NCBI RefSeq assembly: GCF_009914755.1
Contig: NC_060947.1
Source of the DNA: the human T2T-CHM13v2.0 reference genome, Homo sapiens
Reading direction: 5' to 3' (one strand)
DNA length: 64,000 bases
Under the pieces are notes generated by a model. The model had not been told where the DNA came from and did not search any database. It was given only the letters and a program-made list of their open reading frames with translations. Both the position numbers and the translations under genes were made by a program. Shown here piece by piece: positions 1 through 14,619 of the stretch (within the stretch, counting starts at the first letter, position 1; the number at the start of each line of letters is the position of its first letter).

Positions 1-1550
1 ACACAGTCTTTGTCAGTGCTTCTTTTTACTGCTAGACTATGAAACTATGAATTTTGCTTATTAGCTGAAATATTACTAGAATGTTTTTATTTTGTTAATA
101 TCTCAGGTTAACAGTCTGCTATTTGATTCTTTAACCTGTCTTGAAAAGGCATGTATATGTCTCATTATTACTTAAAGAAATCGGGTAGCTGATTTGAGAA
201 TATACCATTATGTTAACTTTTTAGTTGATTCTATTTTTAACATGAAAATAAACAAGTCAATTTAAAACTTTTAAAAAGGAACGATTAAGTAGATATATTT
301 TATCTTGTTTTTGGAGGAATGTCAATATTGTGAAGCACTTTTCCAAGTCCTTTTAAGCAGAATATGAGTTGACTTATTAATAGTAATATGCTCACTGGGA
401 GACAGTAAGTGGAAAGAAAAGTGATAGACTTGAGTCTGTCTGGCTCTGTTTTATAAGCTGCGTACACTGAACCTCATTTTATTCATCTAAAAAATAGGAT
501 GATAGTATGTACTTTGAAGAGTTATTCTGAAAGTTGAAAATAATATAAAGTACTAGCACATCTAATGATGTCCTTTTGCCATCTGTACTTTATATGCTGT
601 TCATTCATTCCAAAAATATTTAAGCGCATTTCTGCATTGGGCCAGGCACTGGCAACATAATGGTGGACGTCGCACCTGTCTTCACAGAACTTACACTCCT
701 TCGATTTTCCATCTGTAGGAGTACTGCTCAGCTCAGCCTTCACCTCCTTTAAGAAGCCATCACCCATGCTCTAAGCCTCATTCCCTGCCTCCCTCATCTG
801 GTTCAGGTGTTCCTCCTCTGTGTCTTCAGGGTAACCTGTGCATACTTTCATCATAGCACTTCTATATACCGATTTGTCTCCCCACCAGACTAAGCTCTCA
901 GGCCGAGTATGGTGTCCTATCCTTTTTTTTTTTATACCCAGCACATGGCTTGGTACACGAATAGGTACCGAGAAAGGATATTTGGATAAACATTGCCATC
1001 TGGTGGCCAGATGTTGTAAGTACAATCTTTTATGCATCATAAGGGTGAGTAAAGCCCAGGTGAGTAAAGCACCTAGGAAAGGCAACTTTTTATTTATTTT
1101 AACACAGGGAAAGGAAATATTTCAGAATATGTGGTCTCCTAGAATCTCCTAGGTCTCCTAGAGGTGTTGTTATTCCAACGTCTCTCCAAATCTTTCATAA
1201 TTCAGAAAACAATATTTAAATGACACAACAGATAAAACTATTTTGAGTGTGCAAAAATAAAATGAAAGAGAAATTTGTCTCATGTAATAAAGAAATGTAA
1301 CATAGTATACAATACCTTTTTTCATAATACCTTTATTTCAATGCCTACACACATTCATTCATTCAACAAATATTTACTGAGCATTTACTGTGTGACAAGC
1401 ACTATTCTAGGTGTTAGGGATACAGTGAACAAAAAGTGCTTAAACTTAAGGAGCTTACATTCTAATGGGAGGAGACACACAATAAACAAACATATTTTTA
1501 TTAGGGATTATAAGTATTACGGATAAAAATAAACTAGGTTACAGAGTGGG

Positions 1551-1554
<4 letters not shown>

Positions 1555-1600
<46 letters not shown>

Positions 1601-1620
1601 GAGAGAGAGAGAGAGAGAGA
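1555..1620. repeat. Compound (TG)n(AG)n microsatellite
   Basis: Seen directly. Confidence 0.95.
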
Positions 1621-1739
1621 ACGCCAGTTGAGCAAAGGCCTGAAGATATATTAGAACTTCAGAAAACTACAGAAATGTTGGTTGACCAGGCCTGCCTAAA
1701 ACATTATGGGACTTCTAGAGAGTTTTCTTTCTTTTTTCT

Positions 1740-2430
1740 TTTTAAAAATAAGTTTAATCTTACATAAAAGTTGCTAAAATAATACAGAGAGTTCCCACAT
1801 ACATTTAACTAACCTTCTCTAATGTTAACATCTTACATAACCACACAACTATCAGAACTAGGAAACTGTCATTGGTACAATAATTCTATTGAGCAAACTA
1901 TAGACCTCATTTGATTTTTACCAGCTTTTGCATGCACTCAACTTTTTTTGGGGGGGGGGTGGATAGTTCTATTAATCTTATCACATTTATAGATTCTTGT
2001 AATCACCACTGTAATTAGGACATTATTGTTTTATCATCCCCCCAAAACTCATTTGTGCTACTTCTTTATAGGCACATCTGTCCCCCAGCAACCACTGATA
2101 TGTTCATCATTACTATAATTTTCTCATTTCTAGAATGTTATGTAAATGGAATCATATAGTATGTAAAATACTGTGATTTGCTATGTCACTCATCATAATG
2201 GCCCTGAGAGCCACTGAATTTGTTGTGTACATCAATAGTTTTTTATTTTTTATTACTAAGTAGTATTCTACTATGTGAATATTCTACAATTTGTTTATAT
2301 GTGCCCACGGTGAAGAGCATTTCAGTTGTTTCCAGTTTTTTGCTAATAGAAACAAAGCTGTTATGACCATTCGTGTAAGGTTTTTGTGTGGACATAAATG
2401 TTCATATTTCTAGGGTAAATACACAAGGAT
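1740..2430 (-). mobile_element. Old L1M 3' fragment
   Basis: aaccactgat...gaatgttatgtaaatggaatcata...gttgtttccagttttttgct...gggtaaatac; boundaries approximate. Confidence 0.7.
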
Positions 2431-2807
2431 GAGAGCTAGAGAGTTTTATTTCTTCAGAGGGATTTATAAGCAAGTGCCATGCTTTACAAAACAAGCAGTA
2501 GATTGGAAAGAACACTGGATAGGACTCAGAAGATCTGGCTCAAGCCTTGCCCTGTCATTTAGTAGCAATGTGATGCTGGATAAGCCTCTCCCCTCTCTAG
2601 GCCCCATATTTCTGTCTCTTAAGTGATGGAGTAGGAATCGATTATTTCTTCAGTCTTTTTAAGATCTAATTACATGGTTCTGACGAGATAGAAAGGAGGT
2701 TTCTGCCTCATTTCACAAAAAATTTTATAGCTATGTACATAAAATACCAGATGAAAAACATAGGTTATATCTCCCACCTTTTTCTTCCATGTTCCAAACA
2801 GTTACTT

Positions 2808-3111
2808 GGTGGCTTACACCTGTAATCCTAGCACTTTAGGAGGCCGAAGGTGGATGGATCGCTTGAGGTCAGGTGTTCGAGACCAGCCTGGCCAACATGA
2901 TGAAACCCATCTCTACTAAAAATACAAAAATTAGCCGGGAATGGTGGCGCATGCCTATAGTCCCAGCTACTCGGCGGGGTTGGGGGGGTTTGGGGGCTGA
3001 GGCTGGAGAATCACTTGAACTTGGGAGGTGGAGGTTGAATTGAGCCGAGATCATGCCACTGCACTCCAGCCTGGACAACAGAGCAAGACTCCGTCTAAAA
3101 AAATAAAAAAT
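2808..3111 (+). mobile_element. Alu (AluS-like) with an internal G-rich insertion
   Basis: Dimeric Alu with A-tail; TSD AAACAGTTACTT at 2796-2807 and 3112-3123. Confidence 0.95.
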
Positions 3112-3533
3112 AAACAGTTACTTTGCTTACAAAGAGAATATGGGGGAGACAGTAACTAAGCCTAAGGCTATAAAGGTTTGGTTGTCTGTTCCCTGAGGAG
3201 AAAGGACTCCAAAATCAACACAGAATGGCCACATGGCATAATGCCATTCCTAAGGCATGTATATGAAGCAGATTGTCCTCACGCTCTGTCTCCATTATTT
3301 TTATTAGTTAGACATAGAGTAAAGTACATACAAAATATATGTGTGTATATATATGTGTGTGAACTGTCTATGCTTTTAAAATATGTTGTATTATGCATTT
3401 CTATACAGGTACTATTTTTTTTCAAAAGTCAGGAAGGAAATACACAAAATATTTGCAATGGTTAACTCTAGAGATTGTGATTGTCGTGAGAGGCAACTCT
3501 AAAGGAAAAAGAAGTATATGTTTGTGAGCACAG

Positions 3534-3565
<32 letters not shown>

Positions 3566-3579
3566 GCACGCATACACAC

Positions 3580-3820
3580 AGTGGTTAAAACCATAGACAT
3601 GAGCCAGACTGCCTGGGTGCAAATCCTGGCTCTGATATTTACTAGTTATATGACCTTGGGCAAGTTACATAACCTCTATGTTTTCTCGGTTTCTTCTATA
3701 GAATGGGAATGGTAATAATAGTACCTACCTTATGGGGTTAATGGGAAAAGTAAACAAGTGAAAATACATGAAGCAATTAGAATAGTGCCTAACATGTGGT
3801 TAGCACTATAAAAGTATTAA
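3580..3820 (+). mobile_element. MIR
   Basis: ctgcctgggtgcaaatcctggctct...tgaccttgggcaagttacataacctct, the MIR core. Confidence 0.85.
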
Positions 3821-6800
3821 CTCTTATGTACTCCTCCCACAAGCAGATAGAAAACTTTTCTGTCAGTCATTGTCTATCTGAAGGCCTCACGTAGCATGAG
3901 TCCCTGAGCCCAATTCACTACGATAGTTATACTTCTAGAAATGGCTTGGCTGCCACCTCCCCATCCACACTACTTTTCTAACTTTAACAGCCAATCTCCC
4001 AGCTACCTCTACTCTCCTAATCCCTCACCCCTTCCCTGGCCAAAAAAATTACACACTGAAGCTGTAGATTCCTTAACTATGTCTCAGTATTTTTTTTGCT
4101 TGCTAAACTGTAGTTACTCCAGTACAGGTGACTAAAAATTCTATTAATAATTTCATTTATTTCTTGCTCCTTTAAGTGACCACCCTCCCTCAAATCTAAA
4201 GAAACAGGTATAACCAATTTTTTTTAAATCCCTGCTTCATTTAGTCATACTTACGTAAAGCTGGAAGGACCATCTTTGAAATGTTGCAGTGTTTACCTTT
4301 AGAAAACAAAAAAGAAGATTGTCTCTTCTTCCTCTTCCTTTTGTACATTTGAAACTTCCTGATATAACAGGGCTATAGTGCTGGTGGTGATCATGATGCT
4401 AGTGCTAGTGGTAGTGATGTGTGTGTATGTGTGTGCGTGTGAGAGAGTGTGAGGGTGGGAGGAGAGAGGGAGAAGGATCCTTAAAGTGTGATCTGGGTTA
4501 ACACTTTAGCTTTGATGCTGCCACAGCAAATGCTATGTCTGTTCATAAACATTGTGTTTTCTTAAATGCATCATTTTAAGAAAGTAATGAATTCTTTGCA
4601 GCTCAGTAAGGTGACAAGGCTGTTCATAATAATTTCTTGATAATTCATCAGATGTCCAATTTACCTCTCACTTTTCCTTCTCATCTCCTTTGCACAGAAA
4701 GTGACTGCTTATTAAATAAAGCCAAACTCAGCCTCTTTTTTCTGTTATGGAGTCTCAGAAGGTGGGATAGTGATCACCTGAGTGGTCCTGGGCAATAATG
4801 GGAAGTGGGAAGTTTGTTGTGTCCCCCTCCCAGTTCTTCATGTACTGTGTCTGCCTTCTCTCTTCACCTTGCTCTCAACTAAGATGTCAATTAACAATTC
4901 TTAAGGTGTTACTATAATGCTAAGATCCTGACATTTTTATCCAAGTACTTTCAGAGACTCAAAATGACAGCACAGCTCTCCATAATATATCTCCAACCCT
5001 TGTTTCTAGCCTTGTTTGCCTCCATTACATCTGTCAGGCTGATCTGCTTTAACCAAGCACGTTTTCTATTTTTCTGCTTATGCTTTTGCTCATGCTATTC
5101 ATGTAATTCATTCTGCCTAAACTTGTCTCCCCTTAAGCTCCATTTCTAGCTGCCCAAGTCTTGCTCATCCTTGAAGACCAGCTCAGCTACATGAAACTTT
5201 ATCTAATCCTCTGATTGTCCTTTTCCAAATTTTCTCTTTCCTATGATCTCATACACCTTTAATGTATTCTATTATATTACTTGTTTTGCTGGTCTTTAAA
5301 TTATAATTAGTTGTATTCACACTCATAGTCTCTACTAGACTGTAAGTGCCTTGAAGGCAGAAGCTGAGTCATTTTCATCGTTATATCCCACTCAGGGAAA
5401 CCCAGCACTATGCTGGATACATGTGGGATATACTGTGGTATGTGGGAGACACTCAATAAATGTTTGTTGAAATAAAAACTTCCCCAAATGAACTTTAATG
5501 CCAAAATTTCACAATATTCTGGTGAAAGGGAGATCTATTTGGGCAGAAGATTTCAGAGAATAAACTAGGCTGGCATTTACTGTGTAGAGTGGAGAGCACT
5601 GAGACGGAGAAGCCAGTGAGGAATTCCTTGCCATATAATTATTATTATTATTATTGCATTTCACTTGAGTCTGGGTATATGGGATCATCTACTATTTCAT
5701 ATATCTTGTTCCATCTGAACAGGAAATCTCAGTGCCTTCTGAACTCCTGTGCAATGATGCACTATAGGACTGATGGATGTGACTAAGCTGAGGTGAAAGT
5801 GGAAGTGGGGAAGTTATCGTGGGAGTGGGTTGGAGGGAAGGCTGATGAACTTTAAACCCAGGAATAAAATAACTATAGAATGAGCAATGGAATATCTCCC
5901 CTGCCCCCTCCCCCTCCCCCCCCCCCAAAAATCCTAACTATCAAATAAGCTCTCTGAAAGAAGCTAAGGGTAAAAAGGTCTAGTCCATTTACATTTCAAT
6001 ACAGAAGAGAAACAATTGCCAAAATAACTTTTTGCAGTTTCTTAAATCTTTGCAACTTATGGCTTTGGCGAACTCCCACCTATTTATTTCCTAGTATTGA
6101 ACAGTGGTAAAGTCCTTCCATCAGGGGCCTTATGTGTTTGTATTAAGAATAGGTGGAAATTGGGGAAGACTAGGTCTTACTCTACAGTCAGTCTTTGGGC
6201 TGGGAGGTAATAGGGTAGGATGGGCAGTTGGAAAGAAATATGCAAGTCAAATTTTTGCTGCCTTAAGAAGAAAGTAAAAGAGCAAAGAGCAGAGAAGAGG
6301 ACCTGGAGACTTACCAGGGAGCCTGTGTTGCCTAGTGTTTAGGACTTGGAAGATTGAGGCTAAGACTCTTAGTCATAAACATCACAAACTGCCTCCCAAA
6401 AGTCTTTTTGGGGTGGGTGGATTTATACAAGTAGGTTGCCAAGATTGACCTAATGGTATTTTCAAGGAGGATAGATTTTTTTTCCACAGACATAAAGCCA
6501 TTTAGACAAAACCACTAACCTAATACAAAGAGCGAATGTCAAATAAAGAGCTAGGGTCTTCCACAAACCAACCAACCAGCCAAGTATGCTTATTAAGGTA
6601 ACCCAGTTATTTTCAATTAAGCGTTAATAAGCAAGTGAAATACCTCAATGTATTATGTCTTCAAACAAAGAAAATACCAGGGGCTTTCAAATGTCTTCCA
6701 AGCAATTTGAGTTGTTTTATTCACATCACAAAGACCGGTTTTCCCTGAAGTATTTCCTGTTCAGAAAACACTTAAGGACCCTGCTCTTCTGGGGTGCTTC

Positions 6801-7880
6801 TTGACATGAAAAGATTTTAATGTCATTGCTTTACCTTTAGTTTGGAATTGTGCCTCTTCAGCCAACTTTTCATTCTATTAGTTGTGCCTGGTTTTATCTC
6901 CCCTGATGTGACTGTCCAAAAAACATTCCCACCCTAGCTCCCTCATTTCACCTTATATTTTCTCTACAAAATACACTCACTGGAGTATATTTTATAATGC
7001 TTGGCATTCTTATTTTGATTTTTTTACTGTGCTAAATCAGTCAGTAAATGTTTGTTGTAAGGCTTTGTACCAGTTATAATGGGAGAGACAAAGTAGTGTA
7101 AAATCTTCCCTCAAGGAGCTTGCTGTCTAATTGAAGATATGTAAGCAAAAGAGTGCTTCTTATATTTGATATTTCCTTTCTATTACTGATATTCTCCTTG
7201 GGTATGCCCTGTCCACATCACAACAGCCTCCTAAATAGTCCTCAGGTTTACTATTACCCTCCATCAAATCAGTCCCTGTTCATCTTCTTAAACAAGTTCA
7301 CTGTGGTACTTCTCGCACCACCTTACCTTTCCTCCCCTCAAAAATACTACTTAAAGATACCATATTGCCTAAAAATAAAGTTCAGTCTCATTTGTTTGGC
7401 TTGAAATTTCTCTCCTTCACACCTTTTTAATCTAAGTCTTATTCCATCTTTAAGATTTAATTCAACTTCCATTTCATCCATGCATCTTTCCTTCACTTAC
7501 CCACCAAAAGTAATCTTTCCTTTTAATTTCAGTAGATTATAGTCTACATCACCCATTCAGTATTTAATTTATGCTACCTTGATTGGTTTCTTTTATATGT
7601 ATATGGCTCTTCCCCATCCAGTTTGCAAAGTTTTTGAGGGCAGGGCCTTAGCATAATGCTTTGCACAGAAAAGATGCTTGATAAGATGTCTGGTAATGAA
7701 GACATGATTTTTCCTGGCTTCAGAGTAGAGGAAGGATTATGAGGATGGGTGGCAAAGGAAATATTCTGGAGGTAGGGAGATTAATTAACGAGGTTTTTGC
7801 AACAACAGTCCTATCACAATAGGTGATAAGGGCTTCAACCTATTGGTTCCTTGGCTCAGATCCTCACTATATTAACGAAT

Positions 7881-7980
7881 AAGGGTAGTCAAGTGAAGCA
7901 GTGGGAATGGAGAAGGAACAAAGAAACCTGTAACTATTTGCGATCAGTTGGTTGTAAACACTACTGCACTTGGACCAGCC
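7881..7980 (-). pseudogene. Y3 RNA (RNY3) pseudogene
   Basis: Reverse complement GGCTGGTCCAAGTGCAGTAGTGTTTACAACC...CCCACTGCTTCACTTGACTACCCTT aligns end to end with hY3 RNA as recalled, with about 10 substitutions. Confidence 0.92.
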
Positions 7981-8759
7981 ACTGAGGAAATTTAGCATGA
8001 TTAAAAAGGAAAGGAGGGAAGGACTTTGGGACTGCTGTGAATTTATGTGGGGACAAAGGAGAAGTAGCAGTCAGAGTTTACTGAACCTGAGTAACTGCAA
8101 TAATGATAGTAGCATTGACACAAAAATAGGAAAATCAGAGGTGGAAGCCAGATCTGGAGAGAAGGTGATAAGTTTGTTTTTAGACTTACTGAGTTTAGGG
8201 TAACTTGAGTAACAAAGTGGACATGTCTAATGAGGAGTAAAAGATACCTTTTTTCACATTTAATTCAATCCAACAAATAATTACGGAGCATCTACTATGT
8301 GCCCATCATGATAGTGGAGCTAGATATAGTCACATAAGACACAATTCTTGCCCTCCAGAACTCATGATGGAGTGAGGAAGACAGACTAATATGATAAAAT
8401 ATAGGAAATGGTATAATTGAACTATATATAGAGTATGTGAAAATATAAATAGGGGATCAATTGCTTGTGTCCAAGCAAGTGAGAAAAATCATAGAAGTGA
8501 TGATCTTTGAGAAGGGCCTTAAAAGATAAGTAGAAATGTGTTCAGTAAACAGATGGGGAAATGACTTTCCAAGTAAAATGACAATCTCGGGCAAAGGCAC
8601 AGGACATGAAAGTGCATGGCATTCTAGGGGAACAACAAGGAGTCTGAAGTGACTAATGAGAAACGGATGACAGAATAAAGATGGATGATTTGAAAGAGAT
8701 GATGATTTTCAGAAATTGAAGAAAAGGGTGTTGTTACACTCAACTGGAGAGCAGCATAT

Positions 8760-8990
8760 GTGTAAGGTTAAACGTGTAGTCTCTAGTATTGCACTCTCTC
8801 AGCCCAAATCTCATCCCTGCTATGTACTAACTGTGTAACCTTAAGCAAGTCACTTAATCTCTCTGTGCTTAGTTTTCCTCATCTGTCAAATGTAGATAAA
8901 GGTACCTACCTCGGGACTGTTTTGAGGATTGAGAGAGCCAATATATGTAAACTAATTAGAGCAATGCCAGGCATATAGTGTTATGTAAAG
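8760..8990 (+). mobile_element. MIR
   Basis: ctgtgtaaccttaagcaagtcacttaatctctctgtgcttagttttcctcatctgt. Confidence 0.8.
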
Positions 8991-9704
8991 GCTAGTCCGA
9001 GGATTACATTTTAAGAAACCAGGTACGACATCATTGTGTACTACACCAGTAGCCACCTAAAAAAGAAATTATAAATGGCAAGTGTCTAAGTTTCTAGATA
9101 CTGTAAGCAAGGACCCAGAGAAAACTAAATGAATCTCTTAGTCTCAGATAAAGGAGTTCGTGAGCTGGTGAGATATCTGCCTTGGAAAGGTAGATCCAAT
9201 TTAGGGAAAGGGTGAGGTGTCTGAGAAAAAAAAGTAGAATGGCTAGAGTGCCATTCAGAGTAAACAGAAGCCCCAGTTGTGACATTGCCCTAGAAAATGG
9301 AAAAAAGCAACATAAGATTGTCACTCAGCAACAGACATATTTTATTTCAGTTAAGTAGGAAACAGAAAATTAGCCATCAGTGAGCTTCAAGTATGAGAGA
9401 GGGGGTAGTAGGGTCCAGTGACAGGTATTTTGCTCGGGTTGGAGAATATGGAGCAACCCTCTGAAGAGGGATAGCAATTGGAAATGCAGCCCTACCTTGC
9501 TAATGAAGCACATCTAGCCCCTTGAGTTTTGATGCTCTCAAGTAACCCATTGTCTGTTCCTCAGCCTTCTAGAGCTCTGCTCGAGTGATCCTTGAATAGA
9601 CTCTTGGAATGCTTGTGCTTCCCTGTATGACTGCTCTGTGTGCTGCTGAAATGGAACTGAACCTCGCCCGCCCACCCAGCCAGCCCAGGGGTTTCACTTG
9701 ACAG

Positions 9705-9900
9705 AACTCGGTTTGAATTCTGGTTTTACCACTTACTAGTTGTGTGATTTTTGAGCAAGTCACTAAAATTCTCTACGCCTCAGTTTCCCCGTATGTGAAA
9801 TGGGAATAAACATGGTTCCTATATTGTAAAATTGTTATGATAATTACATGAAATAATTTACCTATGAAGTGCTTGGCAAGTTAAGTACTAAAAAGATGTT
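9705..9900 (+). mobile_element. MIR
   Basis: acttactagttgtgtgatttttgagcaagtcact...cctcagtttcccc. Confidence 0.8.
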
Positions 9901-10670
9901 AGTTCTTTTCTCCTTCCTTTCCTGTTATACTTGGGCAGCCCCAAAATCCCCTGCTCTCATTTTAGCCCCTCCTGGGGGCTCTGTACCATCTAGTGTCAAT
10001 AATAATAGAGATGAGGAGAAGGAGAAATCAATCCATGGAAAGAAAATGCAGAATGGTAGTTTTTTTTTTTTTCCAACCCTGACTTTGCAGTAAAGATGTT
10101 TTGATGTAGCCAGTATCCCAAAATAGGAAAGGTATTCAGATACTGGACAGCCCAAGGTGAGAAATACCCACTAAAACACGACAACTATCTGAAAAATATA
10201 TACACATGAATATATGTTTAATGATATATTTAATGTGAAAAATTAGAAGGGAACAAGGAAAACTGAAAATATTTTTGTTAGCACAATATATTGTTGTAAT
10301 GTTATCTTAATATTGTGCCTGTGGAGGAGGATACTCTTTTCTTGACATACATAAATCTCCTTACCCTCTTTCCAAAAGAACAGCAGGAGGAAAGGGTACT
10401 GGAGTAAAGGGAATTGTTCAGTGGGAATAACATGCCCCCATCTCATCTGTCCTTCTGCCCAGCCTTCCATTAACCATCATGATCTACCAGAGGCCTGGAG
10501 AGCTTCCTAACTGTGGTGCTTCAATGCCCTTGCATCATTAATATCATCATCTCTACCCTTCTTCTAGGAGTGGATCTTATGAGGGAGGTATGGAAGAAGT
10601 TGTGCATGCTTAGCTGTCAGTCCGAACCTTTTAGAGCCAGCAGGGGACAAAGGCAACAATCACTGTGTAA

Positions 10671-10835
<165 letters not shown>

Positions 10836-12160
10836 TGACTTTACAAATATCAAAGTTTGATCCAGATGATTCTGGTTTGATCATGAAATCAAGAAGAAAT
10901 GAGATTATAGGGGGAGAGGCAAAGAAGTGATGTTTGGCCTACTGCTCTGAATCCAGTAAAAACGATGGCCATTCTGGGGTGTTAGAAACGTTCTATATCT
11001 TGACCTGGTTTACGTGGGTGTATGTGTAGGCAAAAGTTCATTGAGCTGTACACTTAGGATTTGGGTGCTTTACTGTTGTATGTTATAACTCAATGAAAAG
11101 GAAAAAAGTAATGGTAGAAATGTGAGTCAGGATTATGGACCATGAATTCCAGGATGAGGACTCTGGGCTTAATCTGAAAAGTGTTGGGCAGCCATTCTCG
11201 TTTCTTAGGAAGGGAGAAAGACGGATTGATATGGCAGAGGTATGCAGGGTAGATCAGAATGGGATGATACCAAAGTCAGGGTAGCAAGTTATGAGACTTA
11301 TGGAATGATGCTTTGTAAGAGTTGATAAAGACCTAAACCAGAGTAGTGGCAGCACAAATGGGAGGGAAGAACACAACAGGCACTGCTAGAAAGGAAACGA
11401 TAGGAAACATTGAACTTTTAAATATAAAAGACGAATGAGAGAGAGGGAAGACTCAGTGAAGACATTCAGGTTTCTAGCCTGGGAACTGAAGAATCATGAT
11501 CATAAGCGTCAAGTGTGAGCCTCCATACAGCTATATGGTTTTAGGCTTGTTGGCTTGCTCGTCAGTGTTAGTGGTTATAAGTTCATGCTGTGTGTATAAT
11601 GTGAGATGTTTTGAGAGGCTAGAGTGATCACTAATAATTTGTGCCATGCTGAGTGGTTATAGCTTATCCAGGAAACTAAAGTTTCCAAGAATACAGATTT
11701 GTGAACACACAGGTATGCATAAAGACACTTAGAGAAATATGTACATAGAACTGTAGATACTCATAAAGAAAAAGATGGTACTTTTTAGTAAACATATATG
11801 TGAAAATATATTGACAACAAAATGTAAACAAACAAAAATGTAAACAATTATAATCTCTGGGTGGTAGTGTTTCTTTTATACTTTTTATTTTCTGAATTTT
11901 CTATAATGGGCATGCATTGATTTATAACCAGAAAAATTAGTGTTACTAATACACAGAGGAGGTAGATAACCGAGAGTATATGACTGTGTTGCAGCCTAAG
12001 TATGCAAGCAGTAGATAAGAGAAGGAGGGGTTGGCACAAGAGACACAGTGGGTAGGGTGAGAAGGTGAGTGGTTAGTACAGGGACCATGGAATATTAATA
12101 AACCTTATTTTTAGAATCACTGCAGCATGCCTCCTTCATGTTGTTTTTTATTGTTTTTAA

Positions 12161-12397
<237 letters not shown>

Positions 12398-13019
12398 TGA
12401 AAAGAGGCCAATTTAAAGTCACTTAAAGTTCAGGCATGTATCTAACAGCTGCCACCTGAAGATTTTACCAGTTAAGTAGTTATTGAGCCTCAGTGGTAAA
12501 TTACCCTTTGGATTTCTGGACCCTTGTCTCTGTCTCTGCAGCCTATCAGCTCTTTTAAGGCACAGTCAAGTACCAGCCGTAGCTATTGCCATAGCTCCTT
12601 GCTGCTCACTCAGCGCATGAGTTTTCTATGATGGTGTTGGTATAAGGGTAGAGAAACTTTTAGCTATATTGATAGGTGCGTGCTCTTCTCAGTCTGCATG
12701 CAGTTTCTATTGCTTTCATTTAGTTATTCTGCACATAAATCCTTTATGGCAGTAATTTTTAGGCCTTTATTTAATCACTCACCCCTTTCTAAATTAGATG
12801 AGAGTCATGAACCTTCTTCCAGAGGAAAAACAATGCATTTAATAAATATACACAGATAATTTTCTATACTATTTCAGAGGACTTGCAGATCCTTAGAAGC
12901 CCATCCATAGACCACTGGCAAAAAAACCAGGGTCTAAAGTGAAACATTGTTCAGTATAGTCACCAAGACTTCAAGGGGCTGCAGAGGCTCATAAGGCCAG
13001 ATTTGACCTCCATATATCT

Positions 13020-14480
13020 CCTTCTCATTCATTGAAGACCTTGGCTCCAGGCTCGCAGTGTTCCTCCCATTGCCTCTGCCATCATTTTGGGTGACTTCAG
13101 CAACAACCACATGGCTGACTCATCTAATGCTTTAGCCATCTAGCTTCTTTAACATCCCCTCCAACAGTGACTCTCACCTCAGAGCTCCATCTCATCCACC
13201 CATTTTCATGGACCACATGCTGAATGAACTTCACCATCACTCAGAATTGCACTGAAATCATAACTTAAAACATGCCAGTTTTTAACTATACCCTCTACTT
13301 AACAACTCTTTTTTCTTATTTTTGTTTTGTTTTGTTTGAGACAGAGTCTCACTCTGTTGCCCAGGCTGGAGTACAGTGGTGCGATCTTGGCTCACTGCAT
13401 CCTCTGCCTCCCAGGTTCAAAGGATTCTCCTGACTTAGCCTCCCAAGTAGCTGGGATTATAGGCATGCACCACCATGCCTGGCTAATTTTTGTATTTTTA
13501 GTAGAGATGGGGTTTCGCCATTTTGGCCAGGCTGGTTTCGAATTCCTGGCCTCAAGTAATATGCCTGCCTCAGCCTCCCAAACTGTTGGGATTACAGGCG
13601 TGAGCCACTGCCCTCGGCCAACAATTCTTTTTTTCTTCAAATACGTGTATACTTCAACTTTGTTGAGACTGCTAAGGCCTGACTCCTATACTTTCTTCCG
13701 ACCTACCAGCTATTTCCTGTCTTCGCTTCTTTCTTTAGCCTATTTAGGATCTGTGATTTCTCACTTCAGATACTCTCTTTTCAATATTCTCAATCCCCTT
13801 GCCCCATTGTCCTTTTAACATACCAACCTGATAAAGTCCTAATCCTGAATCAGTCCCACTTTTTCCATTCCTATATTTGAGTTGCAGCACCCTACTGGAG
13901 AAAATCACATAACCAAAGAGGTTGGTACTACTGCATCACAAATGTATAGCTTCTAAACCTCACCTGGGCCTTCAGTGCTAACCTGAAATCCTTCTGCATT
14001 GCTTTGGTCAGCTTTCTTTTTAACTTGTCATCATAATGGCTATCTCAAATCTTTTGTACTTACCTCAAAATTCCAACTCTGCCACTTTTCTGCTTATGCT
14101 CAGTAAATGCCCTCTTATTTTACAAAGAACAGTAAGTGTGAAATAGCGAATTCAACTTCTCATATCAAACTTCTGAACACACTTAGGTCCACATCCATTA
14201 ACTTCTGCCTTCCTTCTGATTAAAATGGAAGAGATGTCTCTTCATTTGTGCTTTGGCCAAATACACTCTTTTTTCCATAGCTTCAATTTATCCCTCTCTA
14301 TAGTTGACTTCACATCCATTTTTAACCCACTCATGTCTTTCCTACCTAAAACCAACCAAACAAAAAAACCCCATGACTTTCCTCTACTTCATATCCCCTC
14401 CAATTATCACCTGTCCCTCTCCTTCCCTGCACAGCAAACTTCGCGAAAGACTTTACATTTCTTCACCCCTAATTTACTCT
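13020..14480 (+). mobile_element. L2 fragment interrupted by an Alu
   Basis: catcattttgggtgacttcagc (L2 EN-like GDF), ctactggagaaaatcacataacc; CT-rich; approximate. Confidence 0.6.
13316..13619 (-). mobile_element. Alu (AluS-like)
   Basis: gagacagagtctcactctgttgcccaggctgg...gtgagccactgccctcggcc; TSD aacaa(c/t)tctttttt. Confidence 0.95.
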
Positions 14481-14619
14481 TCTGAAATATTTAAAATGTA
14501 TTTATATCCAAGTAATACCTTGTGCATAGTTAGAAAGTAAAATATTACTATAAGTCATATTGCAGGAAATAGCAATCTCCTCATTCTCAATGTCTGCTCT
14601 CTGATAATACCATTATCAA

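Noticed and set aside
1044-1070. Tandem GGTGAGTAAAGC donor-like duplicates
   Set aside because: No convincing upstream acceptor or coding frame; probably a micro-duplication.
5897-5926. C-run tract (minus-strand G4 potential)
   Set aside because: Common low-complexity feature with no other regulatory evidence.
13327-13818. 163-aa ORF and other Alu-derived ORFs (2869, 17982, 44436, 58825)
   Set aside because: Typical Alu translations ([11 protein letters not shown]...), not genes.
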